Source: Candidatus Poribacteria bacterium
Lineage (GTDB): Bacteria; Poribacteria; WGA-4E; JAJDTR01
Reading direction: 5' to 3'
DNA length: 64,000 bases
Assembly: GCA_965222225.1 (NCBI GenBank)
Contig: CBDCTK010000002.1
Coordinates: 2,848,001 to 2,912,000 of the forward strand
Shown piece after piece: positions 1 to 10,359 of the stretch. The notes beneath the pieces were generated by a model. That model made no database searches, was not told the DNA's origin, and saw only the letters and a program-made list of their open reading frames with translations. Every line of letters begins with the position of its first letter. Position 1 is the stretch's first letter. Made by a program: the position numbers and the translations under genes.

Positions 1-2
1 GG

Positions 3-386
3 GTTCACTCAGCAAGAGAGACTGCCCGCGTACGCTTCAGGATCGAGTATACCAACGATGATGAACAGATGATTTGCCAGATTTGCCAGAAGGAAATGCC
101 GTTCAAAAAACGTGACGGCGAGCACTACTTTGAAGCGGTAGAGGCTATGAACGAGGAACATGTCACAAAGGAACTCGAAGCCCAGTTTCTAGCCCTGTGT
201 CCAGAGTGTGCCGCCAGGTACCAAGAATTCATAAAGAAGGACGAAGTCGCTATGCAGTAAATGATAGACCGATTGATGGCATCAAAAAATTTTCAAGTTC
301 AATTGCAGCTCGGTGAACTGAATACAAATCTCCGTTTTGTAGAAAAACATTGGCGGGACATCAAGCAGATTTTGGAATCCGCTTAG
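3..386 (+). pseudogene. 3' end of a gene entering from the left edge; HNH-like/Zn-binding C-terminal domain, interrupted by an in-frame TAA at 258-260
   Basis: Open frame from base 3 (YTNDDEQMICQICQKEMPF...EAVE...ALCPECAARY) has two CxxC pairs. The same frame resumes after the TAA (MIDRLM...HWRDIKQILESA*) to 386. Confidence 0.5.
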
Positions 387-519
387 AACCCGATTAATAT
401 GTGGCAAAGACATTTCGCTTGATTTGAGAAAGTGTGCACTTTAATGCAAGTGCAAAGATTAAAAGGGGAACCGGAAATTTGATTAGCAGCAATCGTGCCC
501 TACTGGATTGTGTAAGAAA

Positions 520-551
520 GAAACCGAGTTTTGAGGAAAAAACTCGGTTTC
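520..551. terminator. Hairpin GAAACCGAGTTTT-GAGGAA-AAAACTCGGTTTC between convergent genes
   Basis: 13-bp inverted repeat downstream of both flanking genes; could be a terminator or REP-like hairpin. Confidence 0.5.
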
Positions 552-576
552 AGCCTTTTAGTATCGTTCTCCATCG

Positions 577-1821
577 CTAACTTTTTGCTGACAGGTCTAC
601 GCAGACCAGCTCTTTTTGGTTTCGCAGGTAGAGTTTGCCGCCGACAAACGTTGGCGGCGTGAAGCAGCGGCCCTCCAGAAGCTGAGTCTCGGCAACTCCT
701 TTGTATTCCGACGGATTTGCCTCGGCAATCCCCAAATTGCCGCCCTCTCCAAGAATGATGAGATGACCGTCGGCGAGGAGCAGCGTGCCTCTGTCGAACC
801 CGCGATGCGCCCACTTTTGTTCGCCGGTCTTCGCCTCAATGCACTTCAAGATAATTTCGTCGAACCCGTACAAGTACTCGCCGAGAAGCACGGACGAACT
901 CATCCAGTTCTCCATCACGTCGTGGCTCCGCCATACCTCCTCAACGCTCATTTCGTCGCCATCGGATTTCATTTGCAGGAGTACCGACCCCTTATCGTAG
1001 GCGGCGGAGACGAAAATCCGGTCGCCGGGCAAAAGAATTGGCACTGCGGCGTTGATGTCGTTTCCGGAGGGCCACGGGACGTGCTTCCAGTAAATGGTCC
1101 CGTCCGCCGGTGAAACGGAGACGAGTGATTTCCCTGTCAGAAAGATTGCCTGCCGAACGCCGTTGGAGTCGATGACGATGGGCGATGAGTACCCTGCTCC
1201 GTCCGTGTGAGATGTCCAGAGTATAGCTCCGGTCCCCTTGTCAAAGGCGACGATGGATTTCCCATCCTTGCCCCCCGCTTCGATGAGGAGCGAATCGCCT
1301 TCTATGATGGGCGATGTCGAAAATCCGAAACCGGGGATACCGCTCTCAAACTCTGTGACGAAATCGTGTCCCCACACCTTCTCGCCGTTGCCGGCATCCA
1401 AGCCGTAAAGCTTGCCTTTAGCACTGAGCACATAAACCCTATCGCCGTCAACTGCCGGCGTCGAACGGGGCCCACTCCCTTCGCCGGATTGATAGTTGTC
1501 ATCGGTTCGAGAGCGCCAAATTTCCGCCCCGTCCGATGCATCCAGGCAGACGGCGAACTCATCCTCACCCTCCGAGTGCATGGTGTAGATGCGTCCATCG
1601 ACGATCGAGATTCCAGAGTAACCTTCGCCGATTGGGATTCGCCATACGATGTCTGGACCGCCTTCGGGCCAATTCTTGAGCCAACCGGTTTCTTGGGAAA
1701 TGTTGTCGCGGGTGGGGCCCTGCCATTGCGGCCATTCTGCTCCCACCCTGCCGCAGCCTGCGAGTAGAACTGCAACTCCCAACAGTGTGATGAGTAATGC
1801 AAATTGATGGTGTCTGTTCAT
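577..1821 (-). CDS. PQQ-binding-like beta-propeller lipoprotein (BamB-like)
   Basis: LLAGC lipobox, WPQWQGP, STPAV and repeated G.xxW blades. ATG at 1821 follows the SD GAGGGAGG. Confidence 0.9.
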   Translation of the reverse strand: MNRHHQFALLITLLGVAVLLAGCGRVGAEWPQWQGPTRDNISQETGWLKNWPEGGPDIVWRIPIGEGYSGISIVDGRIYTMHSEGEDEFAVCLDASDGAEIWRSRTDDNYQSGEGSGPRSTPAVDGDRVYVLSAKGKLYGLDAGNGEKVWGHDFVTEFESGIPGFGFSTSPIIEGDSLLIEAGGKDGKSIVAFDKGTGAILWTSHTDGAGYSSPIVIDSNGVRQAIFLTGKSLVSVSPADGTIYWKHVPWPSGNDINAAVPILLPGDRIFVSAAYDKGSVLLQMKSDGDEMSVEEVWRSHDVMENWMSSSVLLGEYLYGFDEIILKCIEAKTGEQKWAHRGFDRGTLLLADGHLIILGEGGNLGIAEANPSEYKGVAETQLLEGRCFTPPTFVGGKLYLRNQKELVCVDLSAKS

Positions 1822-2081
1822 GCGTGATTCCTCCCTCTTGATTGAAGAGATTTGTATTGTGTTAGTTGTTGAATTCAAGATGATTAACCTCGTTAAAAGT
1901 TTTGATTATATCAGTGATTCAAAAACCGCGAAAATGTTTAGCGTGTGCAACTATTTTAACCGTTTTTGTGAGGGTTTATCAATCTTTAATTAAACATTTC
2001 GATAACGTTGGCACGAGCGCTAAGGAACGCTGGACGGGATTCCCCGTCAAGGTTGACTTCTTGGGGGCTGTGAATTCCGGA

Positions 2082-2450
2082 TTAATGGTGGGGCGTGAAC
2101 GTTGGACTAACCGGTTTTTTGCGTTCCAATCGTCTTGCTTTCCTCTCCAACGCCTTGGCTTCGGATCTCCACTTTTTCCATGCCTTGCGTCTGGCTGCCG
2201 CCTCCTCTGATGTCATCAAGTTGAGCCTGCCCATGAGTTTTTCAACGGTGGTGGTATCTTCCATCCCTTCAATAAGCAAAGCCGATTCCCGGAACAATTT
2301 GTCGTACTCCGCATCAAGTGCGAGGCGTTTTGCCCAATACTCGTCGTATTCAAGGGGTTGGTTAACGCTGTGTATGGTGAGGCTAACCACCAAGACGGAA
2401 AACGTGATGAAAATAATTGCCGAGGGCCAATTTTTCTTCAAGAAGTTCAT
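2082..2450 (-). CDS. Hypothetical protein with one N-terminal TM helix and a basic coiled-coil tail
   Basis: MNFLKKNW followed by a hydrophobic stretch; start is uncertain (ORF extends to 2537). Confidence 0.55.
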   Translation of the reverse strand: MNFLKKNWPSAIIFITFSVLVVSLTIHSVNQPLEYDEYWAKRLALDAEYDKLFRESALLIEGMEDTTTVEKLMGRLNLMTSEEAAARRKAWKKWRSEAKALERKARRLERKKPVSPTFTPHH

Positions 2451-2630
2451 CGGGCGGTCCGATAATTCAGGGTGGGAACGGGAAATCTCGACTCTGCCGC
2501 TCAGGGTGAGGTTAGCATTAGTCCGGTTGATTGTCAACGATTATCAGTCTATTTGAGGAAGATGCAAGAAGGGCACGCCAAATCCGGTCGAATAATGGTA
2601 ATTCGATCGTGGATATCTACAAAGGCTGGT

Positions 2631-2667
2631 GAGAACTCTATCGCGCGCGCTATTCGCTTGCTTGATC
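2631..2667 (-). repeat. 37-nt micro-element copy inside the REP GTAGGGTGCGCACTGCGCACC
   Basis: Reverse complement GATCAAGCAAGCGAATAGCGCGCGCGATAGAGTTCTC, flanked by tggt / gcagtgcgcaccctac. Confidence 0.85.
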
Positions 2668-2755
2668 GCAGTGCGCACCCTACAATATGTCGTGGGCGGT
2701 AAGAGAAGAAGGGAATCGGGAATTTATGATTGTCGATCGATTTCCGATAGGGTTG

Positions 2756-4852
2756 TTAGTCGGTGTATTGGATTATGCGGGCATCTAACACGGATAGACC
2801 GCGCTCATGAACCTTGACTGGGTTCAGATCGAGTTGGGCGATACTGGGATTTTCTATGAGGAACGTAGAGACGTTTAGCAGCGCGGCGCGGAGAGATTCG
2901 AGGTTCACCGGTTTGCCTCCTCGAATGCCGGTGAGCAACGGAAAGCCTTGAAGCTCCCGAATCATCTGATCCGCGTCATCCGGGTTGATGGGGCAGACCC
3001 TGAAAGAGACATCTCGCATCACCTCGACATAGACACCGCCAAGTCCAAACATCAGCGTTGGTCCGAACGTAGGATCGTTTAAGCCGCCGATAATGACTTC
3101 AACGCCATCGCATTCCTCCATTTTGCTCAGCAGTGCGCCGGTGATTCGAGCGTCCCGCTTGAACTTTCGTGCGTTGGCGATGACTTCGTCAAAGTCTCTA
3201 GCCACAGCGTCGGGAGCATTTAACCCTAACTTCACGCATCCGATGTCCGACTTGTGCAGCACGTCCTCGGAGATTATCTTCAGCGCGACCGGATAGCCGA
3301 TTTCCTCGGCAGCGTCGATTGCGCCCCGCGCTGTTGTGACGTGGCGGTACACCGGGAAGGGCAATCCGGCGGCTCCGAGCATTCGGTTTGCCTGATGTTC
3401 GAGGAGCGGTTTTGTGCGGTCGCTTCCGGGGTTGGGGCACGTTGTGGTCAAACCATCAAAGCATCGTTCAATCTTCGTTGCTCTGTATCGGGCGTACCGA
3501 ACTAACCCCGCCATCGTATTTACGGCGTCGTGGTGATCCATGAATAGCGGTACCCGGTTTTCTCGAAGCGTGTCGAAGGACTTGGAGTCCGCATAGGAGT
3601 AGTAGGTATAGATTAGGAGGGGCTTATCGGTTTTTGCGATGAGAGCAGCCATCTTCTTCGCCGACGATTCCACCTCGGGCGCGACATTCGGATTCAGGAA
3701 ATCCCACCCGGCGAACCCGCCGACAACGATCAATCCGTCAATCTCATCCCCTTCAAGCATAATCTCCGCGACTTCGGGAATCTTCTCCCACATCGCCAAA
3801 TCGACCGGATTGGTCACCTGCCCTATTTCGGGTACAATCTCCTTTATCCGCTCTTGATGTTTGAGGGAGAACGTCGGCAAATCCAGTCCTTTCAAGGTGC
3901 ATGCATCGGCGGTTAAGGCGCAATCGCCGCCGCCCTCGGACAGGATTCCGACGCGGTTCCCTTTCGGCAGTTTGCCGTGACTCAGCGCCAGCAGGAGAGA
4001 GCTGAACTCTATCGCGCTCTCGACCCGCAAAGCGCCGCACTGTTTGAAGGCAGCCTCATAAACCTCGTCTTGCCCCGCGAGGGAGGCGGTGTGACTTGAG
4101 ATGACACGCGCGCCCTGCTCGGTGCGACCGGTTTTCATCACAATGACCGGTTTGACTTTGGTCGTCTCCGCCACCTCATCCAAGAACGTTCTGCCATCGT
4201 TTATCCCTTCAATATGCAGACCGATCGCGTTGACATCGTCATCCTCTCTCAGGAATCGGATAACCTCATGAAATTGAACGTCCGCCTGATTCCCCAAGCC
4301 GATGATGTAGCGGAATCCCAAGCCTCGCTTAATTCCGGGGAACGCAAGCGATCGCGTGAGATTCCCGCTCTGGCCGACCAATCCGACGCCCCCCACCCGG
4401 ATATAGCCCGACAGCAGCCCGTCAAACTTTGCGGGAGCGCTGAAAAAGCCGAGGGTGTTGGGGCCAATGACGCGAATCCCCTTCTCCTTTGCTTGATGGA
4501 CGAATTCGTCTTGGGCAGCTTTGCCAGCTTCGCCGAGCTCCGCAAATCCGCCCGTGAGGAGCATGATGCCTCTGACGCCCTTCTCGACGCACTCTTCAAC
4601 CGAGGTGGCGGCAATCTGTCGGGCGGTCACCACGATTGCCAAGTCGATTTCATCGAGAACATCAAGGATGCTGGGATAGCATTTCAGGTCGAGGATTGAG
4701 TCTGCTCTCGGGTTTATCGGATGAATACGGCCTTGATAGCCGTAGTTTTTCATGATGGAGAGGTAAGTATAACTGAAACTGGTGGGGTTGCGTGAGGCGC
4801 CGATGAGTGCAACGGATTTGGGATTGAGAATATTGCTTAGCGGGTTTGACAT
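2756..4852 (-). CDS. Acetate/acyl-CoA ligase (ADP-forming), fused alpha-beta with ATP-grasp domain
   Basis: P.SVALIGAS, GPNTLG, SHTASLAG (phospho-His), GYPVALKI, HKSDIG, FGPTLMFGLGG, LDLNPV. Confidence 0.92.
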   Translation of the reverse strand: MSNPLSNILNPKSVALIGASRNPTSFSYTYLSIMKNYGYQGRIHPINPRADSILDLKCYPSILDVLDEIDLAIVVTARQIAATSVEECVEKGVRGIMLLTGGFAELGEAGKAAQDEFVHQAKEKGIRVIGPNTLGFFSAPAKFDGLLSGYIRVGGVGLVGQSGNLTRSLAFPGIKRGLGFRYIIGLGNQADVQFHEVIRFLREDDDVNAIGLHIEGINDGRTFLDEVAETTKVKPVIVMKTGRTEQGARVISSHTASLAGQDEVYEAAFKQCGALRVESAIEFSSLLLALSHGKLPKGNRVGILSEGGGDCALTADACTLKGLDLPTFSLKHQERIKEIVPEIGQVTNPVDLAMWEKIPEVAEIMLEGDEIDGLIVVGGFAGWDFLNPNVAPEVESSAKKMAALIAKTDKPLLIYTYYSYADSKSFDTLRENRVPLFMDHHDAVNTMAGLVRYARYRATKIERCFDGLTTTCPNPGSDRTKPLLEHQANRMLGAAGLPFPVYRHVTTARGAIDAAEEIGYPVALKIISEDVLHKSDIGCVKLGLNAPDAVARDFDEVIANARKFKRDARITGALLSKMEECDGVEVIIGGLNDPTFGPTLMFGLGGVYVEVMRDVSFRVCPINPDDADQMIRELQGFPLLTGIRGGKPVNLESLRAALLNVSTFLIENPSIAQLDLNPVKVHERGLSVLDARIIQYTD

Positions 4853-4865
4853 GCGATTCCGTTAT

Positions 4866-6014
4866 TCATCTTTGCTGGACGGGTGTCTCGTTAGGAATAA
4901 TGTCCACGGGGTATTTCGACAGATTTTCCGCTCCGGACTCCGTGATGAGGTAGGTGTTCTCAATGCGTGCGCCGAGTCGAGCCTCCGGCGTGTATCCACC
5001 GGGTTCGACGCAGACCACATCGCCGACGCGCAAAATGCCTTCGCGGTCACGGTTGAGGTCGGGAGGTTCGTGCATACGGATTCCGATGCCGTGTCCGGCG
5101 TGATGCACCAAGCCGGAATCCGCAAGCGCCGGGTGCTCCCGAATCTGCTCATCAAGCGCACGCCATATTTCAGTGCCCCGCGCGCCGGGCTTGAGCAGCG
5201 ATGGCACGGAATCCTGCACCGCTGCGATGTGGTCAAAGATGGACTGTTGCAGATCGGTCGGCTCACTATCGACAATGAAGGTGCGCGCCAAATCCGACCA
5301 GTACCCTCGGCAGCACGTGTGACCGTCGAGGATATAGAGTTCTCCTCGCTCAATTCGTCGGTTGCGTGCGGGACCGTGTCGTTCTCCGCACTGGTAATCA
5401 CCGTCGTGAAACACTCGCTCCCCTGCCTTGAGCATCGCGCCGCGTTGGCTTTCAGCCAGGACCTCCAACTCGTTCACGCCCGACCTCAGGATAGCCTGTG
5501 CCGCATCATAGGAGGCGAGATTCACTTGCACACTCCACCGGAGCATCTCTAGCTCATCGGGATCTTTGCGGCGCTGCACCTCCGAGATGATACCGTCAAT
5601 TGGAATAGACTCGTTCGGCTGCAGTGCGCTATCTACAGTTTGCCGGAGTAAACTGGAGACGGATTCGATCTGGATTCCAAGCTGTTGAACACGCGCCGTA
5701 TCTTGGAGTTTCAGCTTGACGACGGAATTCAGTTGGCGCATAAGATCGAAGTTCAGCGTATCCAGCTGATGCCATTCGTAGGCGATCCAGTCATCGACGC
5801 ATGAGACCCCGTCATCTGTGTGGGCGACGACCCAACAATCTCCGTCTGCCTCCAGTAACATGAAAACCGGGAAGGTGTCTGGCAGTAGTTTTCCCGTAAA
5901 GTAGTAGACATCGCGGAAATCCATGAACACGGCGGCATCAATGCGCTGCTCGGCGAGTCGTGCTCGAAATCGGTTTTGTCGGTCTAGGCAGCCGTTTTCA
6001 GTTAGTGTAGGCAT
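4866..6014 (-). CDS. Xaa-Pro peptidase family (M24)
   Basis: GYWSDLART, HHAGHGIG..HEPP, VEPGGY, RIENT. Confidence 0.9.
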   Translation of the reverse strand: MPTLTENGCLDRQNRFRARLAEQRIDAAVFMDFRDVYYFTGKLLPDTFPVFMLLEADGDCWVVAHTDDGVSCVDDWIAYEWHQLDTLNFDLMRQLNSVVKLKLQDTARVQQLGIQIESVSSLLRQTVDSALQPNESIPIDGIISEVQRRKDPDELEMLRWSVQVNLASYDAAQAILRSGVNELEVLAESQRGAMLKAGERVFHDGDYQCGERHGPARNRRIERGELYILDGHTCCRGYWSDLARTFIVDSEPTDLQQSIFDHIAAVQDSVPSLLKPGARGTEIWRALDEQIREHPALADSGLVHHAGHGIGIRMHEPPDLNRDREGILRVGDVVCVEPGGYTPEARLGARIENTYLITESGAENLSKYPVDIIPNETPVQQR

Positions 6015-6057
6015 CAGTCTATCCTTGGGCGAAATGGCAAGCAAATAGTCTTTATGA

Positions 6058-6266
6058 TAGGGCTTACACAGTTAAACATCTAAGGTTCGCAGTAGGGAAT
6101 TTACTGCCCGTTTCTACACAAAACATTATGGCTGACGGCTTGAAGGCAAGTGAACGACAGATGGACGCGGAATGAATTTCGCTACTACAAGCCTACTGTA
6201 GGAGCGATCTCCCGCGGCAGATGCGCAGTGAATAGCACTATTACGAGCCGAACTGCGTAAGTCCTA
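6058..6266. mobile_element. MITE-like element with 16-bp imperfect TIRs that contains REP-like hairpins
   Basis: TAGGGCTTACACAGTT (6058-6073) vs AACTGCGTAAGTCCTA (6251-6266) is 14/16 complementary. Similar ends occur at ~16683-16697 and 22116-22131. Confidence 0.65.
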
Positions 6267-6411
6267 AAAAAGTCGAGTCAGAGTGGACTGAAAGGAAAGT
6301 GCCCTAATTTGTATATTGACAGAGAATCTTGCTAAATCATACTATCAAGGGCACATAAGATTTAGTCATCAAATATTCTGCTTAGCATCAACCAAGTTGA
6401 AAGGAGTGCCA

Positions 6412-6918
6412 ATGGGTACTATAACATATTTTGCATACGGTTCAAACATGTCCGTAAAGAGACTCCAGCAAAGAGTTCGCTCTGCCGAGCCGAAAGAAAG
6501 GGGAGTTCTTCGTTGCCACCGTCTCGCATTTCACAAGGTCAGTAAGGATAAATCCGGCAAGTGCGATATAGTGTCTTCAAAAGAATCCGACGTGGTATGG
6601 GGGCGCTTGTATTACATCAACGGCAAAGAGGAGAAACGCCTAGATCGTCATGAGGGATTGGGAAGCGGTTACGATAAAAAATTCGTTACGGTCGAATTGG
6701 ATTGTGGCTGCACGGTTTGTGCCATGACTTACTATGTTGAGGATGATACGAAGAAAAATCCAAGCTTGAAGCCTTATACCTGGTATAAAAAGCACGTGCT
6801 GGTGGGTGCAAAGGAAGCATGCCTGCCTCCAGACTATATCAAGAAGATAGAAAGAGTTGAAGCCAAAAAGGATTGCGACAAAAAACGTGAGTGGGATGAA
6901 CTTGCGATATACTGCTAG
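6412..6918 (+). CDS. Gamma-glutamylcyclotransferase family protein
   Basis: YFAYGSNM, VWGRLY, LDRHEG; SD AAGGAG before ATG 6412; AT-richer than neighbours. Confidence 0.9.
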   Translation: MGTITYFAYGSNMSVKRLQQRVRSAEPKERGVLRCHRLAFHKVSKDKSGKCDIVSSKESDVVWGRLYYINGKEEKRLDRHEGLGSGYDKKFVTVELDCGCTVCAMTYYVEDDTKKNPSLKPYTWYKKHVLVGAKEACLPPDYIKKIERVEAKKDCDKKREWDELAIYC

Positions 6919-7006
6919 AGAATTCTCCTTTTGATGCACTTCCCGTTTGCCCAAGCCACGGACGATTTTACCGTCCACAGAGTGCGAGCGGTCATGTACT
7001 GCTAAT

Positions 7007-7200
7007 GTAGGGAATAAAGATCAAGTGACTGAACAGGATTAACTGAGTGGTTAACGAAGGCGATAGAAGATCCCGTGCGATAGAAATCCTCTCCGAATCG
7101 CGACCTATTGTCGGGAATCGGAATTCCCTTCTACAGGCGACGCACGTAGGAACGATCGCCGGGGGGCGACCTTCCATCGCGAACAGAGCTCGCTCCTACA
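7007..7200. repeat. Cluster of GTAG-type REP hairpins with a nested pair of 37-nt micro-elements (7019-7090)
   Basis: Outer copy GATCAAGTGACTGAACAG|GTGCGATAGAAATCCT is split by inner copy 7037-7074. REPs gtcgggaatcggaattcccttctac, gtaggaacgatcgcc and tcgcgaacagagctcgctcctac. Confidence 0.8.
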
Positions 7201-7243
7201 GAAAGTGCACAATATACAATTATTCCCGGTATATGAATTGGCA

Positions 7244-7666
7244 TCAGCTCATAGGCTCAAATTTCGGGATGCTGATTTCAGGCGTAACATCGTCAAAGGT
7301 TACTTGGACGCGCATACCGACTTCCACCGCCGAGGGGTCGATGTTGACGACGTTGGAGATCATGCGTGCGCCGTCATCCAGATCGATAATCGCGTAGACG
7401 TAGGGCACCTCGGACTCGAAACCCTGATGTGCAACTTGGCGGATAATCGTGAAGGAGTAGACGGTGCCAAGTCCGGTTGACTTGATCCAGCCGAGATCCT
7501 CGGATAGACACCGATAGCACATCACGCGCGGGAAGTGGATGACCTCTTCGCAGGCGTTGCATCGCTGCAGAAAAAGTTCGTGCCGCTTCGTCGCTTTCCA
7601 GAACTCTTCCGTCTCGGGCTCGATTGTGGGTAACGGCTTGGTATATTCGACTTCTGTGGACATCAT
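7244..7666 (-). CDS. Zn-ribbon OB-fold protein (DUF35, ChsH2-like)
   Basis: QRCNAC...CYRC, GTVYSFT, PYVYAII.LDDGARMISN. Confidence 0.92.
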   Translation of the reverse strand: MMSTEVEYTKPLPTIEPETEEFWKATKRHELFLQRCNACEEVIHFPRVMCYRCLSEDLGWIKSTGLGTVYSFTIIRQVAHQGFESEVPYVYAIIDLDDGARMISNVVNIDPSAVEVGMRVQVTFDDVTPEISIPKFEPMS

Positions 7667-7680
7667 GCTATCTCCTGCCT

Positions 7681-8871
7681 CTACGGGATTTCATTGCCAA
7701 AAACGAGCGTGCATTGGTCCGCCATGGAGCCGCCGTTGCCGTTGGACAAACCGAATGTGGCGTCCTCAACTTGGAGTTCACCGGCTCTGCCCATCAGTTG
7801 GCGGGCGGCTTCGATCGAATGCAGTAAGTGGATGCCGGGGTTCGGCTGACCTCTGCCGAGTTGACCGCCATCGGTATTGAGCGGCATTTCTCCCTTGTAG
7901 GTCAGATCGGTCTCTTCGACATACGCCGCTCCCTCTCCCTTTTCGCAACAGCCGATATCCTCAAGCGAAATCACGACGGTAATGGTATAGCAATCGTAGA
8001 GTTCGACGAAATCCATATCCTTTATTCCCAATCCCGACATTTCAAATGCATACTTTGCTGCAAGCTTGACCGGGGAGGTGGTGAGAGAGCGCTCGTAACC
8101 GTAGGCTGGATTCCACAGTCCTCTGTCAAACTGCTGCCCTCCGCCCAACAGATAGGCAGGGGGATTTTTGGTGTCTTTTGCCCGTTCTGCCTTCGTCATG
8201 ATCAGTGCGCAGCCGCCGACACACGGCATGACAATCTCGAACAGGTGGAGCGGATCGCAGATGAGCCGTGAATTTAGCACATCATCTACGCTGACCTGCT
8301 TTTTCAGCAAGGCATTCGAGAACTTCGAGGCATGATACCGCGCGTTGATGACCACATGCGCGAACTGGTCATCTGTCGCGTTGAATTCGTGCATATAGCG
8401 CCGCTTAATCATGGCGTATGCGGAGTTGTTGAACATTGGCCCGTAAATGCTGTCGAAATCCCGTTCAAACGCCGTGCCGGTCTCCAGTCCGAATTCGTAG
8501 ATGCGCTTGGGATCCATGACGCTTCCGGCGACAATCAGGATATTGTTGCACAGGCCTCCCGCCAGCGCCGCGGCTGCGTAGAGGATTGCGGCATTCCCCG
8601 ATGCGCCGCCGCGATAGACATTGTCAAGAAACCGCGGGTGGAGCTGAAGGTATTCCTGCAAGTCTTCCGTCCAAGTCGGTTCCTCGTCGAGCGGACATAT
8701 TGAAATTAAGCCGTCAATGTCGTCCTTCGTCAGTCCGGCATCCTCAATGGCGAGCTTTGCCGCCCGGCAATATTCGGTGTAATTCGATCGGTCTCCGGGA
8801 TTGCGCTTGAGAAATTCGGTTTCGCCGTAGCCGACGATTGCTGCTTTGCCTTTTATGCTCATCTGTGGCAA
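7681..8871 (-). CDS. Thiolase-family protein (SCP-x/Ltp2-like)
   Basis: AAIVGYGET, ELYDCYT, P.NTDGGQL, EAARQLMG.AG..QV; adjacent to its DUF35 partner. Confidence 0.92.
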   Translation of the reverse strand: MPQMSIKGKAAIVGYGETEFLKRNPGDRSNYTEYCRAAKLAIEDAGLTKDDIDGLISICPLDEEPTWTEDLQEYLQLHPRFLDNVYRGGASGNAAILYAAAALAGGLCNNILIVAGSVMDPKRIYEFGLETGTAFERDFDSIYGPMFNNSAYAMIKRRYMHEFNATDDQFAHVVINARYHASKFSNALLKKQVSVDDVLNSRLICDPLHLFEIVMPCVGGCALIMTKAERAKDTKNPPAYLLGGGQQFDRGLWNPAYGYERSLTTSPVKLAAKYAFEMSGLGIKDMDFVELYDCYTITVVISLEDIGCCEKGEGAAYVEETDLTYKGEMPLNTDGGQLGRGQPNPGIHLLHSIEAARQLMGRAGELQVEDATFGLSNGNGGSMADQCTLVFGNEIP

Positions 8872-8884
8872 TACCTCCTAAAAG

Positions 8885-8916
8885 CAGTGGCCAGTTTCCA
8901 GTGGTCAGTGATCAGT
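8885..8916 (+). repeat. Heptamer tandem repeat (CAGTNNN)x4-5
   Basis: cagtggc cagtttc cagtggt cagtgat cagt. Confidence 0.7.
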
Positions 8917-8949
8917 AAAAACGGTAGTGTCCTGCCTCAATAAACTCGC

Positions 8950-9909
8950 CTAATAGGGTTGGGGGCGGTTCTTCACGAGGAAGACCGGCGCCGGTGGCAA
9001 GCCTTCCCAACCGCGAGAGCCGTCCGAATGCTTACGGATGGTGAATCGGTCGAAAACATCTCCCGCCAGATTGTTCGCCTCGGCGTTCAGCCTATCTTCC
9101 GTCAATTTTATCTTGAGATAGTGCATCTGATGAACCGACACCACCGCATCGAACCAGTGTGGCACCGCATCCATCGGATCTACCGGGCGGTAGGCGTCGC
9201 AGCCGCCGCCCAGCGTGATGAATGCCGTGCCTCGAGAGTCGTCGCGTACCCGGCTGACGGGGTTCACCGGGTAGGTACGCTCGTAGAAGTGTTGATGACC
9301 TCGAAAAACTAGATCGACGCCCTCGCGCCACGCAAGGGGCTCCACCGACTCGGAGATTTCGGCTAGACCGGGACCGTCGTTAGGCGCGTCCAAGCGGCAG
9401 AAGGCTGTGCCGGGTTCGTGGTGAAAAACGAATCGCCAGCGCGCATCCCGAGAACGTTCGAGATCTCGGACAAACCATTCAAGTTGGGTCATTCTGCTTT
9501 CGGGCAGGTCAAACTCCTCGCGCAGCACGCTGTGGGAGAGCGGGGTAACGCATAAGCCGGTGAAATGCGCCGGACCGGCATCGAACGAGTAGAAAAACCC
9601 CGGGACGTATCGCTCCAATCTCTCAAGCCATTGTCGACGTGCGGCGTTGAGATCGCCGTCGAAATCGTGGTTTCCCGGAATCGGACGGAGCGGTATCCCC
9701 GCCTCGGTCAGCGGGCGGATGCGTTCGAAAAAGGCGTCCCACGGCGCCGGATTCGCGCCGTTCGCCATGACGAGGTCGCCGGGTATGACGACGAACTCGG
9801 GGTTTTCGGCGACGAGGCGTTCAGCTAGATGTGTCAAGTTGTCGTCGGGGATTTGCCAATCCGCAACGACGCAGAAGGTGAGTTCGGTGGAGTCGAGAGT
9901 GTTTTTCAT
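8950..9909 (-). CDS. Calcineurin-like metallophosphoesterase (purple acid phosphatase-like)
   Basis: VADWQ, GDLV, GNHD, HHEP, GHQHFYER. Confidence 0.9.
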   Translation of the reverse strand: MKNTLDSTELTFCVVADWQIPDDNLTHLAERLVAENPEFVVIPGDLVMANGANPAPWDAFFERIRPLTEAGIPLRPIPGNHDFDGDLNAARRQWLERLERYVPGFFYSFDAGPAHFTGLCVTPLSHSVLREEFDLPESRMTQLEWFVRDLERSRDARWRFVFHHEPGTAFCRLDAPNDGPGLAEISESVEPLAWREGVDLVFRGHQHFYERTYPVNPVSRVRDDSRGTAFITLGGGCDAYRPVDPMDAVPHWFDAVVSVHQMHYLKIKLTEDRLNAEANNLAGDVFDRFTIRKHSDGSRGWEGLPPAPVFLVKNRPQPY

Positions 9910-10359
9910 GGTTTTTTAAGCTTGTATGCTGATTTGGAGTAACCCGCGGGTTCGTCTTAAGGTTGTACTATTACAAGCATTTTCTCCGAGATGCTTCATC
10001 GAAGTAAATCAGCAATACAGCTTTACGACCCTGTAACAATTGCCCCGCGAATCCCATATCAATTATTCCGATTATACCGCCAGTTCTCTATGTTTTCAAT
10101 AGTGTCTACTTCTACCTCTGCCAAGCTGTAGGACAATGGCTAGGAAAAACGCCCAACATGGTACCGGCGCGCCCAATCACATCATGGATACGGGAGCATA
10201 CACAAGAACGCCCACAGCGACAATAAGCAACAAAAGCAGTGGTAGTAGCACTTGCAAGAGTCCTTGATGAGTCTTCGAAGTCATTGAAGTCCATTCCTTT
10301 CCAATCCGAGTTAGAAATTCAGTGCATGCAAACGGGAAGGCGTTACGCAACCGTTTATG

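Noticed and set aside
4003-4020. AACTCTATCGCGC partial match to the micro-element in the acyl-CoA ligase gene
   Set aside because: Only ~13 nt match, the rest is absent, and the protein reads normally.
4782-5552. Long antisense ORFs (also 1207-1767, 22567-23175 and many others)
   Set aside because: Shadows of well-supported genes on the opposite strand, with no motifs.
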